From NCBI GenBank assembly GCA_005239955.1, contig SBAW01000011.1, positions 6,924 to 70,923 on the forward strand: a stretch of DNA of 64,000 nt. Reading direction: 5' to 3'. The notes beneath the pieces are model-generated. The model was not told where the DNA came from, made no database searches, and was given only the letters and a program-made list of their open reading frames with translations. The first letter of the stretch is position 1; the number at the start of each line of letters is the position of its first letter. This stretch comes from a bacterium. GTDB lineage: Bacteria > Patescibacteriota > Minisyncoccia > Phycocordibacterales > SBAW01. Positions 60,002 through 64,000 of this stretch are shown here, piece by piece. Position numbers and translations under genes: made by a program.

Positions 60002-60502
60002 TAAATACAAGCGCGGCCAGGACCCATAGGGTCCCGGCCGCTTGCGGCTTTCCCGCCTCGGTATCGTCACCCGAGGCGATGCAGGGCGTAGGCGGTGAAA
60101 AGAGCGTAGACGATCCCGGCGTAGGTGAGCACCTCCTTTGCCTCGGCACTCCCGACTGCCGCCCATCGGGCACCGGCGAGGCCAGCGGTCACGAGAGCGA
60201 GCAAGCCCGCAAAAGCGACAATCGTCCACCATATTCTGTTGCGCAGTTTCTTTTCGCCGACGAGCTGGACGACGCGAATCCACCACAGCAGAATGAGAAG
60301 GATGGGTGGCGGTTGCCACGAAGGTTGCCTGCCATCAGGCTCCTCTTCTCTCCGTCTGGTATCCACGAACAGGAACATCTCTCCTCTCCCTGTTTGACAC
60401 GTTATTCCTGACCATACCAACTTGATCCTCTTACCGTCAATCTTTGGTGTGCCCGCTTGGATTCGAACCATGGTATCATAGTCACTGATACTATTATTCA
60501 AC

Positions 60503-61186
60503 ATGGCACGGATCGAAGACAGAAACAAAGCTATCGCTCTTCGGCTGAAGGGGATGAGTTATTCCCAGATAAAGGAAAAGCTCGCTGCAAGTAAAAGCAC
60601 ACTGCATTACTGGCTTCGTGAGTATCCCTTACCGGAAGAGAGAATCAGACAGCTGAGAGATTGGAATGCGCAGCGGATAGAGCGTTTTCGTCAGACTATG
60701 GCTGAGAAACGAGAGTTGCGACAGTTAAATGTTCTAAAAGCAGTTGGGAGAAAAATTGGAGCTATTTCCCATCGCGAACTATTCATCGCAGGACTCTTCT
60801 TATATTGGGCTGAAGGAAGCAAGACTTCGCGCTATTCGATTTCGCTTACGAACACCGATCCTGCGATGCTCCGTTTTTTCATTCAATGGCTGAAAGCCCT
60901 TGGTGTCGACATTACGAGACTTCACGGGCGGCTTCATCTTTACACTGACATGGATGTCCGTAAACAAACTTTATTCTGGGCAAAACAACTCAATCTTCCC
61001 ATTTCAGCTTTTCGAAACCCATACATCAAACGGAGTGACTCAACTAAACGTCGCAATTACAAAGGACGTTTTGGCCAAGGAACCTGCTGTCTTCGTTTTT
61101 ATAGTCGAGACTTGGATGACCTCGTCTCTATGGGGGTAAAGGAACTACAGATGCGTTATTCCCTCAATACATTGAATATCAATTAA
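60503..61186 (+). CDS. HTH + degenerate LAGLIDADG homing-endonuclease-like protein
   Basis: N-terminal resolvase/Hin-type HTH (KAIALRLKGMSYSQIKEKLAASKSTLHYWL). …FIAGLFLYWAEGSKTSRYSISLTNTDPAMLRFFIQWLKALGV… parallels LAGLIDGDGS…SLT…L…L..G in I-CreI-type enzymes. Confidence 0.5.
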   Translation: MARIEDRNKAIALRLKGMSYSQIKEKLAASKSTLHYWLREYPLPEERIRQLRDWNAQRIERFRQTMAEKRELRQLNVLKAVGRKIGAISHRELFIAGLFLYWAEGSKTSRYSISLTNTDPAMLRFFIQWLKALGVDITRLHGRLHLYTDMDVRKQTLFWAKQLNLPISAFRNPYIKRSDSTKRRNYKGRFGQGTCCLRFYSRDLDDLVSMGVKELQMRYSLNTLNIN

Positions 61187-61206
61187 AGGGCGGGTAAAGT
61201 GTGAGT

Positions 61207-61279
61207 GCGCCCATAGCTCAATGGTAGAGCATCCGACTTATACTCGGACGGTTTGCAGGTTCGAGTCCTGCTGGGCGCA
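61207..61279 (+). tRNA. tRNA-Ile (anticodon UAU, decodes AUA)
   Basis: Cloverleaf: acceptor GCGCCCA/UGGGCGC, D-arm GCUC/GAGC, anticodon arm UCCGA-CUUAUAC-UCGGA, T-arm GCAGG-UUCGAGU-CCUGC, discriminator A. CCA not encoded. Confidence 0.8.
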
Positions 61280-61283
61280 CCCC

Positions 61284-63440
61284 TCATTCGAAATGAAGCG
61301 TTTTGCGCTTGCGAGACACCTCTTCCGCAAGGTGAGGATACGTTGAGAGATCCGCATCCTTCTCAAGGGCTTCGTGTGCTTCTTCGCGCGCGGCTTTGAC
61401 CATGGCCATGTTCTTTAAGGCTTCCATTGCAACGTCTGAGAGTCCCCATTGCTTCCTACCATAGAGCTCTCCCGCACCACGCAGTTCAAGATCTTTTTCC
61501 GCGAGTTCAAATCCGTTAGCACTTTTTTCAAACGCCTTGAGCCGGAGGCTTACTGACTTCGTATCAATAAACGCAAAGCAGTGGGGTTGGTAGGTTGAGC
61601 GTTGTACACGTCCGCGCAGCTGATGAAGCTGCGCAAGACCAAAGCGGTCGGCGCCCTCAATAATGATGACCGTTGCATTGGGGACATTGACACCCACTTC
61701 AACCACGGAAGTTGCAACCAGAATATCGATCTCGTGGGCAAGAAAGCGCGCCATAATATCGTCCTTTTCTTTGGGCTTCATTTTGCTGTGAAGAATGGCA
61801 ATCCGCTGCCCCGGGAATATCTCTTTTTTGAGTCGTTCTGCTTCTGCCTTTACTGACTTTGCTTGGAGTGCCAATTCTTTTGCCGGATCAGGTTCATCAA
61901 TACGCGGACAAATAACGTAGGCTTGTCTTCCGCTCTTTAATTCTTCGCGCACTTTTGCATACACCCGCTCGCGATCCTGGGGGAGCGTAATTTCTGTTGC
62001 CACAATGCGTCGCCCCGCCGGAAGTTCGTCAAGAAGCGAGAGATCAAGGTCGCCGTAAACGGTGAGCGCCAAGCTTCGAGGAATCGGGGTCGCAGTCATG
62101 GAGAGAAGGTGGGGCGCCACTGCATCTTTTCTGACAAGTTCTTTCCGTTGAAGAGTCCCAAAACGATGCTGCTCGTCAATAACCACGTAGGCGAGGTTTT
62201 TAAACTTTACAGACTTTTGTATAAGCGCATGGGTGCCGATAAGGATCGGGATCTCGCCACTTCCGATCCATTTAAGAAGCTGCGAACGTGATATATCCGT
62301 GGCTCCTCCCGGATTTACTTTGGAGGGAAATTTCTTGCAGCCAGCCCCAGTTAAAAGACCAATGTTGACGGGCATATGACGGAAAAAGCTAATGAAGGAT
62401 TCAAAGTGCTGCTTGGCGAGAATTTCGGTTGGTGCCATGTAGGCAACTTGGAGGCGTGCAGACGGTGCGTCCTTGGGGCTCGTAATAACCGTTGCATAGG
62501 CGGTTGCCGCCGCAACGGCGGTTTTACCACTCCCTACGTCTCCCTCAAGAAGCCGTGCCATAGGTTTTCCACTTCGCATGTCAGCGAAGATGTCTTCAAT
62601 TGAGCGCCGCTGCGCACCCGTTGGCTCAAACGGGAATCGTCCAATAAACGCTTCAACTTCCTCAGGGCTCGGATCAATGACGACTGATTTGTTTGCCTCA
62701 AACGCTCGCCGATCTTGGCCTTTGGCGAGCTGAATAAGAAACACTTCCTCAAACGCAAAACGTTTACGGGCCGCCACGGCATCGGTGTCTTTCCGTGGCG
62801 TGTGAACCCACACAAGCGCCGTTTTGAGTGACGGAAGATTGTAGCGCTTCCGAATCTCTTCCGGGATGGGATCTTCAAGATTGTCGAGTATGCCACTTTT
62901 AAACGCTTTTTGTATCGCATGAAAAAACCAAAGACTTGTTACACCACGACTTTCCGGGTATACGGGGGCGATCGTCGCCTCGCCGCTGCTGTTTTGATTG
63001 CCTTGAAAAAGAGATTCGGCGGGGAGCGAAGAAGCATCGCCTCTCTCAACCGATGGATTCGCGACGTAGAGTTTCCCTGGTGTGCCAGCAATTTTGCCAG
63101 TCACTTTCACTACTGCCCCATCAGAGAGCATCTTGGCAAGATACGGCTGGTTAAACCAAATAATTTTTATTTTTCCCGAGGCGTCCGTGAGATACCCCTC
63201 CGCAATCGGCGTTTTTCTCTTCCACGCTTTACGCATTTTAAGTCCTGAGAGCGTGCCCACGAGTATTGCCTCCGTACCTTTTTCGAGACTCGCGACACTT
63301 TTCATGTCGCTTGTTTTGTCATAGCGAACTGGCAGGTGATACAGAAGGTCGCGCACACTCTCTATACCCAATTTTTTAAGTGCTCGCCGATGGATTTCGG
63401 AGAGCCGAAAATGGTTGCCGAGAGCATCGTGAGGATTCAT
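61284..63440 (-). CDS. recG: ATP-dependent DNA helicase RecG
   Basis: Wedge domain, helicase motifs (GDVGSGKT, DEQHRFG, TATPIPR), 718 aa. Confidence 0.9.
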   Translation of the reverse strand: MNPHDALGNHFRLSEIHRRALKKLGIESVRDLLYHLPVRYDKTSDMKSVASLEKGTEAILVGTLSGLKMRKAWKRKTPIAEGYLTDASGKIKIIWFNQPYLAKMLSDGAVVKVTGKIAGTPGKLYVANPSVERGDASSLPAESLFQGNQNSSGEATIAPVYPESRGVTSLWFFHAIQKAFKSGILDNLEDPIPEEIRKRYNLPSLKTALVWVHTPRKDTDAVAARKRFAFEEVFLIQLAKGQDRRAFEANKSVVIDPSPEEVEAFIGRFPFEPTGAQRRSIEDIFADMRSGKPMARLLEGDVGSGKTAVAAATAYATVITSPKDAPSARLQVAYMAPTEILAKQHFESFISFFRHMPVNIGLLTGAGCKKFPSKVNPGGATDISRSQLLKWIGSGEIPILIGTHALIQKSVKFKNLAYVVIDEQHRFGTLQRKELVRKDAVAPHLLSMTATPIPRSLALTVYGDLDLSLLDELPAGRRIVATEITLPQDRERVYAKVREELKSGRQAYVICPRIDEPDPAKELALQAKSVKAEAERLKKEIFPGQRIAILHSKMKPKEKDDIMARFLAHEIDILVATSVVEVGVNVPNATVIIIEGADRFGLAQLHQLRGRVQRSTYQPHCFAFIDTKSVSLRLKAFEKSANGFELAEKDLELRGAGELYGRKQWGLSDVAMEALKNMAMVKAAREEAHEALEKDADLSTYPHLAEEVSRKRKTLHFE

Positions 63441-63477
63441 GTGCCACAGTATAGCCCGCTAGTGTATACTCTTTGCC

Positions 63478-64000
63478 ATGCCTGATTTTGGTAAACGCTC
63501 AATCGAGCTCCATCGGAAATTGCGCGGCAAGATTACCATTGAGAGTAAAGCGTCGATTCGCTCGCGCAAAGATCTCTCCCTCTTCTACACACCAGGTGTG
63601 GGAAGTGTGGCGAGTTACCTTGCGAAGCACAAAAAAGAAACAGACGCCCTGACGTGGCGGGGGAACACGGTTGCTATTGTGACTGATGGTTCGGCGGTAC
63701 TGGGGCTCGGTAACATTGGCCCCGAAGGAGCGCTTCCGGTTATGGAAGGGAAAGCGATGATCTTTCGGGAGTTCGCGGGAATAAACGGTGTTCCGATTGT
63801 GCTTTCAACACAAGACGTGGAGAAGATAGTGGTTGCGGTTAAAGCCATTGCTCCCTCTTTTGGTGCCATCAATCTTGAAGATATTGGTGCACCGCGCTGT
63901 TTTGAGATAGAAGAGCGCTTGAAACGCGAACTCAATATTCCCGTTATGCACGACGATCAGCATGGAACCGCCATTGTTATTCTTGCAGGACTTATGAACG
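63478..64000 (+). CDS. NAD(P)-dependent malic enzyme (N-terminal part, runs off the window)
   Basis: …LSLFYTPGVG…, …IVTDGSAVLGLGNIGPEGALPVMEGKAMIF… conserved malic-enzyme motifs. Confidence 0.85.
   Translation, partial: MPDFGKRSIELHRKLRGKITIESKASIRSRKDLSLFYTPGVGSVASYLAKHKKETDALTWRGNTVAIVTDGSAVLGLGNIGPEGALPVMEGKAMIFREFAGINGVPIVLSTQDVEKIVVAVKAIAPSFGAINLEDIGAPRCFEIEERLKRELNIPVMHDDQHGTAIVILAGLMN

Noticed and set aside
59972-60528. Overlapping ORFs on both strands in the GC-rich stretch after ftsH (e.g. 60067..60528 -, 59998..60411 +)
   Set aside because: Several mutually exclusive frames are open because of high GC. A short two-TM protein ending at 60067 (-) is possible, but I could not choose a frame or start confidently, so it is not listed as a feature.
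1-64000. CRISPR arrays, rRNA genes, integrase/recombinase genes
   Set aside because: Scanned for regularly spaced direct repeats, rRNA-like conserved blocks and tyrosine/serine recombinase motifs; none found in this window.

Overview
The window reads as a compact, gene-dense bacterial chromosome segment. Small genes, N-terminally extended ribosomal proteins, no L30 between rpsE and rplO, a type IV pilus / ComEC DNA-uptake complement, SOD and a short trigger factor are all consistent with a Patescibacteria/CPR-like organism; this taxonomic placement is an inference, not tested. The core is a ribosomal supercluster: rpsL-rpsG-fusA-[insert]-tuf-rpsJ-rplCDWB-[IS]-rpsS-rplV-rpsC-rplP-rpmC-rpsQ-rplNXE-rpsZ-rpsH-rplFR-rpsE-rplO-secY-(cmk)-adk-map. 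It is followed not by infA/rpmJ/rpsM/rpsK/rpoA/rplQ but by a 922-aa TraD/VirD4-like coupling-protein ATPase. Also present are nusA, ppa, tig, tpiA-pgk, recJ, rnhA, recG, ftsH, ndk, infC-rpmI-rplT, a pilB-pilC-4×pilin cluster, a split ComEC, a HicBA pair, and a candidate tmRNA next to smpB. Main oddities: an IS200/RAYT-like Y1 transposase with identical 28-bp palindromes sitting between rplB and rpsS; several short GC-rich islets of hypothetical genes (3.95-5.6 kb, 17.2-17.9 kb, 30.5-31.8 kb between fusA and tuf, 54.8-55.4 kb beside the tmRNA), two of them next to short duplicates of a gene 3' end; a recurring family of CCGGCCGC…GCGGCCGG hairpins; and several hundred-bp non-coding gaps (3.39-3.95, 33.7-34.0, 50.6-51.04 kb) that may hold unannotated RNAs.
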